Source: Anaeramoeba ignava BMAN (Eukaryota > Protista > Anaeramoebae). Taken from it: DNA of 64,000 nucleotides. Position 1 is the stretch's first letter. Each line of letters starts with the position of its first letter. The stretch spans positions 1 to 64,000 of the forward strand of contig JAPDFW010000139.1 of the NCBI GenBank assembly GCA_028826165.1. The letters are read 5' to 3'. A model generated the notes under the pieces. That model was not told the DNA's origin, searched no databases, and saw only the letters and a program-made list of their open reading frames with translations. Shown piece after piece: positions 44,925 to 59,700 of the stretch. The translations under genes and the position numbers were made by a program.

Positions 44925-47807
44925 TTATTGACTAAGTTTCAATAAAGGCCAAATAAGTTTTTTTGATAATCTCGAATTTTCAAAATCAAATAAATCTGAG
45001 CAAACCCTTTTTCCATAAAAATTTTGCCATAAATTAAGAATTGATTCATTTTCTTGTTCAACTTTTATAAGTAATTTTTTAGCATCATTTTGGTTAATTA
45101 TAATATCATTTTTGGAAATTAAAACTAAGAATTTTTTTAAAGCTAAAATTGAATTTTCTTTTGAAGGTAATTCTTTTTGAAAAGCCAATTCATTTGAACT
45201 GAAAAATTGATTTAATTCATCAATTATTAAGATTTTTTGGTAAATCATAAAAAAAGGTTTTTCATTAATTTTTAGAGGTTCTTCAAGTGAATAATTCAAT
45301 TTTTCCCATAATTTTAGTTGTTGAATAAATCCATAATTTGGACAAATGACTGATCTTCTTTCTTGTGTAAAACTATAAGCTTGATCATAATCACATTTAA
45401 ATTTCTGCATCAAATAAGCAATTACTATTGTAGCTGATCGAGAAACTCCAGCATAACTAATTGAATATTGAATTGAATATTAAATTGAATTGAATTGAAT
45501 ATTGAATATTGAATTGAATATTGAATTGAATATTGAATTGAATATTGAATTGAATATTAAATATTGAATTGAATATTGAATTGAATATTAAATATTGAAT
45601 TGAATATTGAATTGAATATTGAATTGAATTGAATTGAATATTAAATATTGATTTGAATATTGATTTGAATATTGAATTGAATTGAATATTGAATATTAAA
45701 TATTGAATTGAATATTAAATATTGAATTGAATATTAAATATTGAATTGAATATTAAATATTGAATTGAATATTGAATTGAATATTGAATTGAATTGAATT
45801 GAATATTGAATTAAATATTAAATTAAATTGAATTGAATTGAATATTGAATTAAATTAAATATTGGAATGAATATTGAATATTGAATTGAATGGAATTGAA
45901 TGGAATTGAATTGAATCAAATATTGAATATTGGAAATGAAAAAATTGAATTTGGAATTAAATATTGAATATTGAATATTGGAATTCGAATATTGATTTGA
46001 ATATTTGAATTGGAATTGAATTGAATATTGAAATTGAATAATAAATATTGAATGGAAATATTAAAATTGAATGGAATTGAATTGAATTGAATATTGAATT
46101 AAAAATATTGAATATTGGGTAAATATTGAATATTAAATTGAATTGAATATTGAAATTAAATTAAAATATTGAATTGAATATTGGAACGAATATTGAATTG
46201 AATTGAAATGAATATTGAATTAAATATTAAATTGATTTTGAATATTGAATTGAATTGGAATTAAATATTGGAATTGAATCGAATGAATTGGAATTGAATA
46301 CGAATATTGGAAATTCAAAATATTGAATTGAATGGAATTGGAAATTGAATATTGAATATTGAATCAAATATTGAAGTGAATTGGAATTGAATTGGGAATC
46401 GAATTGAATTAAAATTGAATCACGGAATTGAATATTGGAATTGAATTTGGGAATTCGAATTAAATTGAATTCAAATATTGAATATTGAATTGATTTGGAA
46501 TTGGAAATTGAATTGGAATGAATATTTAAATATTGAATTAAAATTAAATATTGAATTGAATTGGAATTGAAAAAATGAATTGAATCGAATATTGAATATT
46601 GAATATTGAATATTAAAAATCAACCAAATATTGAATATTGATTTGAATATTGAATATTAAATTGAATTGAATTGAAATTGAATTGATTTGAATAGTCGAA
46701 TGAATACAAAAAACAAATATTGAATATTGATTTTGAATATTGAAATAAATTAAATTGAAATGAATTGAATAGGAATTGATTTTGAATATTTGAATTAAAA
46801 TTAAATATTGAATATTGAATTGAATTGAATTGAATTGGAATTAAATTGAATTAAAATTGAATTAAATATTGAATATTTGAATATTGAATATTGAATATTG
46901 AATTAAATATTGAATTAAATATTGAATTGAATTGAATTGAATTGAATTAAAATTGAATTAAATATTGAATTAAATTAAATATTGAATATTGAATTAAATT
47001 GAAATTGAATATTGAATTAAATAAAAATCGAATGAATAATAATGAATATTGAATTGAATATTGAAAATTGAATTCGAATATTAAATATTGAATTAAATAA
47101 ATATTGAATATTAAAAAATATTAAAATATTAAATAAAAATTGAATCGAATTTAAATTAAATTTAAATTGAATTAAATTGAATTGAATTGAATATTGAATT
47201 AAATATTGAATTAAATTGAATTAAATATTGAATTGAATTGAATTAAATATTAAATTGAATTGAATATTGAAATGAATTGAATTGAATTGAATTGAATATT
47301 GAAATGAATTGAATTGAATTGAATTGAATTGAATTAAATTGAATATTGAAATAATAATAATAAAAATTACCAATGAACAAAAATTGTCCCATTTTGGGAT
47401 AAAGCTTTTTCTATAAAATTAAAGGTTTGTGGGAAATATTTTATTAAAGGAAAAGTATCAGTATCATGAGCAGGAATCACAAGATATTCAAAATCATTTG
47501 GAAAAAATTTTGCATTTTCACAAACAGATAAAATGTGGGTAATCTAAATAATTTAAATTAAAATTAAAATAAAAATTAAAATCCAAAATAATTTGTTGTT
47601 TGTTTTTGCCATTTTAAATCCAATTTAATTTAATGTTAAATTCAATTTAATTTGATTTTAAATTAGTTTTAATAAAAAGTCGAAAATTACATTTCTTTGT
47701 ATCATTTTTTCTTTGTTTAAAGCTTCATCAATTGATCCTAAATATAAATTATCAAGAACTAATTGAATTTGTTTTACATTTTGGAAAATTTGTTTTTTAA
47801 ATTTCAT
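44925..47807 (-). CDS. Dual-specificity protein phosphatase (3 exons)
   Basis: Exons 47807-47691, 47543-47371, 45456-44925. LYLGS, ITHILSV, VHC/YAGVSRS, PNYGFIQQL. Confidence 0.93.
45457..47370. repeat. 1.9-kb GAATT/GAATATT simple-repeat intron
   Basis: 5- and 7-mer units, clean at both ends and noisy in the middle. Confidence 0.9.
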
Positions 47808-48124
47808 TTTCGTTTTTTCTTAAAACCCTAAAAAACAAATAAAAAACAATTAAAAAAGATTTTTTATTGTTTTGATTATTTAATCTTTTTAAATTAAATT
47901 AAATATAAATTAAGAAAAAATTTTTCTTTTACATTTAGTTTAGAAATAATTAAAATAACTAGAAGAGATATTAACAGGAAAAAAATATAAAAACAAAACA
48001 AAACAAAATTAAAAGAGAAAATAAAAAAGGAAAAAAAAAAGAAAAATGAAAAAAAAATAAAAAAGATCAAATTTTCTCTTTTATTTAAACAAAATGATCT
48101 CAAATTACACTTGTAATTTTTATT

Positions 48125-48600
48125 AATTAATTTTATTTTGATGAAATAAATTTATTTAAAAAGTGGAAAATATTTTAAATTAATAAAACGTTTTTGGGAA
48201 TTAGATTAATTTATATTTAATTTCAAAATAGATTTAAAATGATTACTGGAATTATTTTTATTTATTATTCTTTATTTTTATTAATTAATTTTGATGAAAT
48301 AAATTTATTTAAAAAGTGGAAAATATTTTAAATTAATAAAACATTTTTGAGAATTAAATTAATTTATATTTAATTTCAAAATAGATTTAAAATGATTAAT
48401 GGAATTATTTTTATTTATTATTCTTTATTTTTATTAATTTTATTTTGATGAAATAAATTTATTTAAAAAGTGGAAAATATTTTAAAATAATAAAACATTT
48501 TTGGGAATTAGATTAATTTATATTTAATTTCAAAATAGATTTAAAATGATTACTGGAATTATTTTTATTTATTATTCTTTATTTTTATTAATTTTATTTT
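48125..48600. repeat. Tandem repeat, about 154-bp unit x 3, in the divergent DUSP/RNPC3 intergenic region
   Basis: AAGTGGAAAATATTTT at 48161, 48314 and 48468. Confidence 0.93.
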
Positions 48601-48639
48601 GAAAAATTTTTTTCATTTTTTCTTTCATTTCTTCTTTTA

Positions 48640-49353
48640 ATGAAAACAAAAGTTAAAATTACAAATTTTCCAAATCAATTAGATAAACAATCCACAATTA
48701 ATTTATTTTCACATTATGGAGCAGAAAATGTTGAAATTAAAACTAAATTTGGACACAAAGTAAAAAAAAATCAAGAAAATAAAAAACGGAAAATTTTAAT
48801 TAAAATCTAAAGTCAATCCATTTTAGATTATTTATGTAACTTTTGCAATAAAAGAAACTGCACAAAATTTAGTTGATAAATTTTCAAATATGCTTTTTCT
48901 GGGTCGAGAATTAAAAGCAAAAATTTTGAAAGAAAAAGAATTATTTAAACCAACAAAAAAAATAATATCAAAATTTTTTGAAGAAAATTACAAAATAAAA
49001 GAAGAAGAAAATCAAGAAAATCAAACAAAAAATTCATCAAAAAACGAAATTGAACCTATTTGTTCGCAATTAGGGTGTGTTTTTTTTATAACAGAATTTG
49101 AGGAAAAAGAATGAATGAAAAATTCAATTTTAAATTGATTTGTGTAAAAAATAATTTAGAGTGAATTATCCTTCAAATCCTGAATTAAAATATTATTATC
49201 CGCCACCAAATCGAGATATTTTAATGAATATTATTGATGCATTAATTGTAGTTCCTCAATTTTATACTCAAACTTTGCATTTGATGAATAAAATGAATCT
49301 TCCTCCACCATTTGGAAAATTATCTATTTTTATTCAAGTAATTTTAAAGGATA

Positions 49354-49384
<31 letters not shown>

Positions 49385-50726
49385 GTGTGTTTGTTATTTG
49401 ATTTAATATTGATAATGGTTTATAAAAATGAAAAGGAAAAGGAAAAACACAAACAAAAGCGACGAGAGAAATCAAAAAAAAGGAAAGCAAACCAAAATGA
49501 TTTAGAAAATGAATATTTAGATTTAAATCAAAATCAAAATCAAAATCAAAATAAAAATCAAAATCAAAATCAAAATCAAAATCAAAATCAAAATCAAAAT
49601 CAAAATCAAAATCAAAATCAAAATCAAAATCAAAAATAAATCAAATGGAAATCCAAAATGAAATTGAAATTGAAATTGATTCAGATGCAGAAAATGAAAG
49701 ACAAGAAATGAAAGAATGGATTGGACAACGTATTGTTGATCATCGAGAGAAAATAATTCCTTTAAATCAAGATTATCAAAATAATATTCAACAAATTAAA
49801 AAACCAAGAAAAACAAAACCAAAACCGAAATCAAATTTAAATCAAAAATCAAATCAAAAATCAAATTTAAATTCAAATCAAAAATCAAATTTAAAATCAA
49901 ATCAAAAATCAAATCAAAAATCAAATCAAAAATCAAATTTAAATTCAAATCAAAAATCAAATCAAAAATCAAATCAAAAATCAAATCAAAAATCAAATCA
50001 AAAATCAAATAAAAATGGAAAAATCAATTAATGGTCAAGTTTTAAATCCAAATCAAAAATCAAAAATTTAAATCAAATTAAATTAAATTAAATTAAATGA
50101 TAAAATTTTTAAATGAAAAGTTATGCCAATTAATGGTTAGTTTAATTATTTAAATCAAATTAAATCAAATTAAATTAAATTAATTTAAATTAAATCAAAT
50201 CAATCAAATTAAATTAAATTAAATTAAATTAAATCAAATCAATCAAATTAAATTAAATTAAATTAAATTAAATCAAATCAAAATAAATTAATTTAAATTA
50301 AATCAAAATCAAATTAAATTAAATATTTAATTTCTTTTTTATGAAAATTTAGAAAGAAAAAACGATCCACTTTTTATTAATTATAATCCTGGTATTCCAA
50401 ATAACATTTTATATGTTAAAAATATACACAAAAAAGTTAAAAAACAAGATTTATTTTGTATTTTTGCAAGATATTTATCTAAAGAAGAAAATGAAGAGTA
50501 AAATTAAAATTTTTGATTAAAATTTTTAATTAAAATTTTTAATTAAAATTTTTTATTTAAAAAAAAAAGACAATTAAAAATTAAATTATTTAAATTTGGA
50601 AAAATGAGAGGACAAGCATTTATTACATATAATTCAATTTTATCAGCAAAAAAGGCTTTAGAAGAAACAAATGGTTTTATTTTTTTTTCAAAACCAATTA
50701 TAGTTTTATTTGCAAAAAAAGAATAA
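48640..50726 (+). CDS. RNPC3: U11/U12 snRNP 65K protein (two RRMs)
   Basis: RRM1, then PICSQLGVNYPSNPELKYYYPPP..ILMNIIDALIVVPQFYTQTLHLMNKMNLPPPF, then NYNPGIPNNILYVKNI..GKMRGQAFITY..AKKALEETNGF..KPIIVLFAK. Exons 48640-48759, 48827-49074, 49160-49337, about 49436-50135 (frameshifted), 50353-50497, 50570-50726. Confidence 0.9.
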
Positions 50727-50744
50727 AAAAAAATTAAAAAAATT

Positions 50745-50776
50745 TTTTTCATTTTTTCATTTTTTCATTTTTTAAA
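50745..50776 (+). promoter_or_regulatory. Tandem TCATTT initiator-like elements (example; similar motifs precede about 12 genes)
   Basis: TTTTCATTTTTTCATTTTTTCATTTTTTAAAATG; also at 32025-32052, 34381-34400, 48611-48630 and 27440-27465 (minus strand). Confidence 0.6.
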
Positions 50777-52274
<1,498 letters not shown>

Positions 52275-52279
52275 AGAAA

Positions 52280-53395
52280 TTCAGATTCAAGATTCAAAAT
52301 TCAAAATGAAATTCAAATTTAAAATTCAAAATGAAATTCAAATTCAAAATCAAATTAAAAATCAAAATCAAATTTAAAACAAAATGAAATTCAAAATGAA
52401 ATTCAAAATCAAATTCAAAATGAAATTTAAAATGAAATTCAAATTTAAAACAAAATGAAATTCAAATTTAAAATTCAAATCAAATTCAAATTAAAAATGA
52501 AATTCAAATTTAAAATTCGAAATTCAAATTTAAAACAAAATGAAATTCAAAATGAAATTCAAATTCAAAATCAAATTTAAATTCAAAATGAAATTTAAAA
52601 ATGAAATTCAAAATCAAATTTAAAATGAAATTTAAAATCAAATTCAAATTCAAATTCAAATTCAAAATCAAATTCAAATTCAAATTCAAAATCAAAATCA
52701 AATTCAAATTTAAAATTCAAATCAAATTCAAAATCAAAATAAACAAAATCAAAATCAAAATCAAATTAAAAATGGAATTCAAATTCAAAATGAAATTTAA
52801 AATGAAATTCAAAATGAAATTTTAAAATCAAATTCAAATTTAAAATTCAAATCAAAATTCGAAATTCAAATTTAAAACAAAATGAAATTCAAAATGAAAT
52901 TCAAATTCAAAATCAAAATCAAAATCAAATTTAAAATTCAAATCAAATTCAAATTAAAAATGAAATTCAAAATCAAATTAAAATTCAAAATGAAATTTAA
53001 AATGAAATTCAAAATGAAATTCAAAACGAAATTCAAATTCAAATTCAAAACGAAATTCAAATTCAAAATGAAATTCAAAATCAAAATCAAAATCAAATTC
53101 AAAATGAAATTCAAATTTAAAATGAAAATCAAAATCAAATTTAAAATTCAAATCAAAATCAAATTAAAAATGAAATTCAAAATCAAATTAAAATTCAAAA
53201 TGAAATTTAAAATGAAATTCAAAATGAAATTCAAAACGAAATTCAAATTCAAATTCAAAACGAAATTCAAATTCTAAATCAAAATATAAATCAAAATCAA
53301 AATGAAATTCAAAATCAAAATCAACATCAAATTCAAAATGAAATTTAAAAATGAAATTAAAAATGAAATTCAAATTCAAATTCAAAATCAAATTA
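52280..53395. repeat. Low-complexity AAATTC/AAAATG/AAAATC array between convergent genes
   Basis: Hexamer mosaic with internal block duplications. Confidence 0.85.
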
Positions 53396-53457
53396 AGATT
53401 TTTTTTTCTTTAAATAAAAATCTTTTAGAGTTTTTTCTTTTAAATTTTTGGAATTGT

Positions 53458-56400
53458 TTATTTGATTTTTTTAGAATTATGAGTAAACCAACGCATCCAA
53501 ACTCCAAATTGATCATAAAGTTGTTTTTTATTTGTATATGAACTAGCTCCAGGTTTTGAAATTTCCAAATTTTTAACTTTTTCTGTAAAATTTTGATTAA
53601 TTTCAAGAATTAAATCAATAAAATTTAAAGAGGATCGATTTTCTAAATTTAAACTAACAATATTTGCCCAAATACTACGAATTTTTTCAAGAACATCAAA
53701 GAAAAAAGGATCTTCAAAAAGAGTAAAGCTAATTAATTTAGTCATAAAAATAAAATCTTGATTTGGAGTTTTTAAAAAATTAGCTTCTTTAAAATTATTA
53801 AAAAATGTTTGAAGTGAAAATGAAATAATTCTTCGATAAATTGGTATTAATGAATCTGTTGTATTTTTCATTAAATGATAAGATGTTAATAATTGTATCA
53901 ATGCTTTGACCATTTCTCCCAATTTCATCAATTTTATTCCTATTATTAGCTAAATTCAAATAATTTTATAAATAATTTTATAAATAATTTTATAAATAAT
54001 TTTATAAATAATTTTATAAATAATTTTATAAATAATTTTATAAATAATTTTATAAATAATTTTATAAATAATTTTATAAATAATTTTATATTTAATTTTA
54101 TAATTAATTTTATAAATAATTTTATAAATAATTTTATATTTAATTTAATAAATAATTTTATATTAAATTTTATATTAAATTTTATAAATAAATTTATATT
54201 TAATTTTATAAATAATTTTATAAATAAATTTATATTTAATTTTATAATTAATTTTATAATTAATTTTATATATAATTTTATATATAATTTTATATAAAAT
54301 TTGTTGGGAAATTCACCCAATTAGCATAATTTAAATGTTGCAAACCAAGCCTGATTATAAATTTGCAACTGTTTATCCATTGTATTTGAATCAATATTTG
54401 CCTCAATAATCAAATTAAACAAATCCTTTTGCAAGGGAAAAGATTCAAGAGCAATCAAGTATTTACAAGCAACAAAATCCTTGAAATTATTGAGAACAAA
54501 GAAGGAGAAATCGAGAAGGCCAGGATCTTTTTCAAGGTCTTTTTCAGGGTCTTTATCATGTTGAATAATTTGCTGTTTTTGCAAGAATTTTTTATCGATT
54601 GATTTTTTCATTGATTGAATTTCTTTTGCCATTTCGGGATTTTGAAGAATTTCGTATTCAGAAAGTTGTTGAGAAAACACTTTGTTATCGAAATCAATTT
54701 CTTGTTTGAGTTCGTTTGGAATATATTGTTCGCAATTAGAGAGATTGAAGAATCGCTTGCGAATTTGGGAAGAATTTAGTTCCAAATTTGAAACAGAATC
54801 GAATTCCACTTTTCGATAAAATAAAACATAAGCAGAAGAAACTGAGTCGCCGATAGAAGTATTAAAGACCTCGGATAAAGTAACTTCGGAGACGAAATGG
54901 TCGTTGAATTTCCACCATTTCTGTGTTGTAGGTTCATTTACAAAGGAGTAATAATGTCCCGAATTTGATGTCAATCCTGAATGCAGAAGAACTGCAAAAA
55001 GTTTATACGGGATTTTTTTCATATCCTCAAAGCTTTTTCTTCGCAAGCTCTTAAGATCCGCCAGCTTCTTTTCTTTCTTATCAAATTTACTGCGGACTCT
55101 GTACTCTTCGTTGATTAACAACTCAGTTAATTGAGTGAGTGGAAAATCCGGAAAATCCTTTTTTGGTTTGAATTCATCCCTAAAATATCGCGCTGTGTTT
55201 CCCAAGAGATCTGCAAGTGGCAAGTTGAGATCGTTGAAGTCTCTCATATGAGTGATCTCTTGTTCTAGTTTCTTTATTTTCTGTTCGGATTCTTGAGCGT
55301 CTATTTGGGCGTCTGAATTTTCTTCCATAAAACGATCCATGTAAATAATTTCTTCAAAAACAAAAGGAGATGAATTTTTAAACATTGATTTGGATTTCGG
55401 ATCAAATTGCGCTCTTTGTAGCTGGAAAATCATCATTGGAGGTAGCCTTGCAAATTTTATTTGCTTTGTTGTGTTGATTGTTGGTTTGTTTCTGTTTGTA
55501 AATTCGATTTCTGTTTTTGAAGTGTATTGATTCAAACTTGAATAAAGATCTCCACTTTCAACTGAAAGGATGATTTGAAGAAATTTGTTGGTTTGAACGT
55601 GTGAAAATTTTGTTTTGCTCTGTTCTTCTGTTCCTTCAATATAATGTCTTTCTTTTCCTTCAAATAATTTCTCGATCGCTGTTTTTGTTTTTGAATTTTT
55701 TTTGGGATCACAACTTTTTAATCCTTCATTAACAAATTCACAAAAAATTGAATTGAATTCAGTTATATCTTCTTGATTCCCAAATGTTAGTAGCTGTTTT
55801 TGTTGTATTTCAAAGAATCTTGTCAGTGCAAGTAATGGATTGTAGTATTTTTTGGATGAAAGAATTAAATAGGAGAAAAGTCTTTGGAGTTCAAGGATGA
55901 CTTTTTAAATGAAATTCATTTTGAAATTCATTTTAAAATTCATTTTGAAATTCATTTTAAAATTAAAATTAAAATTAAAATTAAAATTAAAATTAAATTT
56001 AAAATTAAAATTTAAAATTAAAATTAAAATTAAAATTAAAATTAAAATTAAAATTAAAATTAAAATTAAAATTAAAATTAAAATTAAAATTAAAATTAAA
56101 ATTAAAATTAAAATTAAAATTAAAATCAGAATTAAAATTGAAATCAAAATTAAATTTAAAATTATAATTAAAATTAAAATTCATTTATAAAATCAAAATT
56201 AAAATTAAAATTAAAATCAAAATTAAAATTAAAATTAAAATTAAAATTCATTTGAAATTAAAATTAAAATTAAAATTAAAATTAAAATTAAAATTAAAAT
56301 TAAAATTAAAATTAAAATTAAAATTAAAATTAAAATGAAATTAAAATTCATTTTGAAATTAATTTTGAAAATCAATTTACAAGGATAATATGGATATTCT

Positions 56401-56618
56401 TTTTCAAAATATTTGGTTTGAGTTTTCCATTCAATTTCATGTGGTGTTTTTTGTAAAATAGATTTGCGGAAATAAGGAATCATAAAATAAACTTGAAGTA
56501 AAGCATTTATAAAACAAGTATTCCCAATATTTGATAAACCAACTGGAGTTTGATTTTGTCTTATTAAATTTTTTGGATTTAAAACAGAAAAAGAAGAAGA
56601 TTTTTGAAGTTGATACAT
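53458..56618 (-). CDS. Ubiquitin-specific protease (C19), USP25/28-like
   Basis: GLSNIGNTCFINALLQ (Cys box), NQEDITEF, LPPMMIFQLQR, YKLFAVLLHSG..SGHYYSF, WWKFND. Exons 56618-56381, 55900-about 54317, 53949-53458. One probable extra A near 54333. Confidence 0.88.
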
Positions 56619-56766
56619 TTTTTAAATAAAAATAAAAAAGGAAAAAAATGAAAATTAAAATTTGTTTTTTTATTCTTTTTTTATTCTTTTTTTTTTAAAT
56701 TTTCAAAACTGTCAAAAAAAAAAGGTAAAAAATTAAAAGAAAAATTAAAAGAAAAATTAAAAGAAA

Positions 56767-59700
56767 TTAGTTATTTCCTCCTTGAAACATTTGGCGAATC
56801 TTATCAAAAGAGGGTACTTTATGAGTAACGCGTTCGTTATCATCATCATCTTGTTTTTTTTGAGGTTGTCTTTGAGGTTGTCTTTGAGGAGATCTTTGAG
56901 GTTGTCTTTGAGGTTGTCTTTGAGGTTGTCTTTGAGGTTGTCTTGGTGAAGGTTTTCCTCTTGTTCTTTGACGAGGGTCAATTGATTTTTTTGGATCAAT
57001 TGATTTTTTTTTTTTTTGGATCAATTGATTTTTTTGGATCAATTTCTTTTTTTGGATCAATTGATTTTTTTGGATCAATTGATTTTTTTGGATCAATTAA
57101 TTTTTTTGATTCAATTGATTTTTTTGATTCAATTTCCTTTTTTGATTCAATTTCCTTTTTTGATTCAATTTCCTTTTTTGATTCAATTTCCTTTTTCAAA
57201 TCTTGAATACTTGATTTCTCACTTTCAATCCGCTTTTTCATTTTATCTATATTGCTTTTAAGATCACCAATTGATTTTTTTAAATTCCGATTCTTTTCTT
57301 GTATATTTTTTGCTTCGTGAAGCTGGACTCTTGATTTGGGAGTTAATGATGTTATTGAAATATCTTCCAATTTAAGCGATTTGGTTTTTGGTTTTGATTT
57401 CTGGATTTGTTCTTTCAGTTCTGAACTTTCCAATTCAAGTTTTTGGATTTTTTCTTTTAATTCTTGAACTTTTTTGTCTCTTCCAAAAAATGTTCTCACT
57501 CTCTTTTTTTCTTCTTGTTTTTTTTGAAGTTGTGCTTTTTGTGTAATTTCTTGTAATATTTGTTTCTTCTCATTAATTTTCTGTTTTAAAATACTAACTG
57601 AATCCAAATGGCTTTTGTTTTTATTTTCCAAATTTTTCTTCAATGTATCAATTTCAAAGTTTTTTGAGTTGATTTTTTCTTTTAATTCTTCAATTTTTTT
57701 GATTTGATTTTTTCTGTTTTTAATATTAGATTCTAAGCTTTGAATTTTTTTTTCCAAGTTTTCTTTTTCAGTGAGTTCTCTTGCTTGTTTTGATTCAAGT
57801 AACTGTGTTACTTTTTGTTTTTTTGATTGAATAAGTTGATTATCATTAATTAAATTTTGGAGATATTCTTGAAGTTCCAAAATTTGTGAATTGTCTTCTA
57901 ATTGTTTTGTTTGTTGTGGAATTTCAATTTTTTGAATATAATCTGTTGGAACAATTCCTTCTTTTCCTTCTTGATTTTTAACGTGTGTCCATTCTCCCAT
58001 ATCTTTAACTTTATAAACAATTTCTCCTTCATTTACATTTAATTCTTCAGGATTTTCTGCAATAAAAGAATATAATAATTTGTATTGTTCTTGTTTAACT
58101 TCAATTTTGGTTTCAATTATATCTTTGGGTTTTTCTTGAATTTCTTTAATTTCAATTTTTTGAATATAATTTGTTGGAACAATTCCTTCTTTTCCTTCTT
58201 TATTTTTAACGTGTGTCCATTCTCCTTGATCTTCAACTTTATAAACAATTTCTCCTTCATTTACATTTAATTCTTCAGGATTTTCTGCAATAAAAGAATA
58301 TAATAATTTGTATTGTTCTTCTTTAACTTCAATTTTGGTTTCAATTATATCTTTGGGTTTTTCTTTAATTATATCTTTGGATTTTTCTTGAATTATATCT
58401 TTGGATTTTTCTTCAATTATTTCTTTTGGTTTTTCTTCAATTATATCTTTAGGTTTTGGAGGAAGTTGAATATCTTTAGGTTTTGGAGGAAGTTGAATAT
58501 CTTTGGGTTTTGGAGGAAGTTGAATATCTTTAGGTTTTGGAGGAAGTTGAATATCTTTAGGTTTTGGAGGAAGTTGAATATCTTTAGGTTTTGGAGGAAG
58601 TTGAATATCTTTTGGTTTTGGAGGAAGTTGAATATCTTTAGGTTTTGGAGGAAGTTGAATATCTTTGGGTTTTGGAGGAAGTTGAATATCTTTTGGTTTT
58701 TCTTTAATTATATCTTTAGGTTTTTCTTGAATTATATCTTTTGGTTTTTCTTCAATTATTTCTTTTGATTTTTCTTCAATTATTTCTTTTGATTTTTCTT
58801 CAATTATATCTTTTGGTTTTTCTTTAATTTCTTTAATTTCAATTTTTTGAATATAATCTGTTGGAACAATTCCTTGTTTTCCTTCTTGGTTTCTAACAAG
58901 TGTCCATTCTTCCATATCTTTAATTTTATAAACAATTTCTCCTTCATTTACATTTAATTCTTCAGGATTTTCAGCAATAAAAGAATATAATAATTTATAT
59001 TGTTCTTCTTTAACTTCAATTTTGGTTTCAATTATATCTTTGGGTTTTTCTTGGAGTTCTTGAATTTCAATTTTTTGAATATAATTTGTTGGAACAATTC
59101 CTTCTTTTCCTTCTTTGTTTCTAACAAGTGTCCATTCTTCCATATCTTTAATTTTATAAACAATTTCTCCTTCATTTGCATTTAATTCTTCAGGATTTTC
59201 AGCAATAAAAGAATATAATAATTCGTATTGTTCTTCTTTAACTTCAATTTTGGTTTCAATTATATCTTTGGGTTTTTCTTCAATTATTTCTTTTGGCTTT
59301 TCTTCAACTTCTTGAATTATATCTTTGGATTTTTCTTCAATTATATCTTTGGGTTTTTCTTGAACTTCTTGAATTTCTTGAATTTCAATTTTTTGAATAT
59401 AATCTGTTGGAACAATTCCTTGTTTTCCTTCTTGGTTTCTAACAAGTGTCCATTCTTCCATATCTTTAACTTTATAAACAATTTCTCCTTCATTTGCATT
59501 TAATTCTTCAGGATTTTCAGCAATAAAAGAATATAATAATTCGTATTGTTCTTCTTTAACTTCAATTTTGGTTTCAATTATATCTTTGGGTTTTTCTTCA
59601 ATAATTTCTTTTGGTTTTTCTTCAATTATTTCTTTTGGTTTTTCTTCAATTATTTCTTTTGGTTTTTCTTTAATTATTTCTTTTGGTTTTTCTTTAATTA

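Noticed and set aside
54315-54340. Stop-codon reassignment or programmed frameshift in USP (also at about 41520, 49640, 57005, 60642, 5320-5700)
   Set aside because: Breaks are mostly in homopolymers or repeats and are most simply long-read indel errors; genes elsewhere end in normal TAA/TGA.
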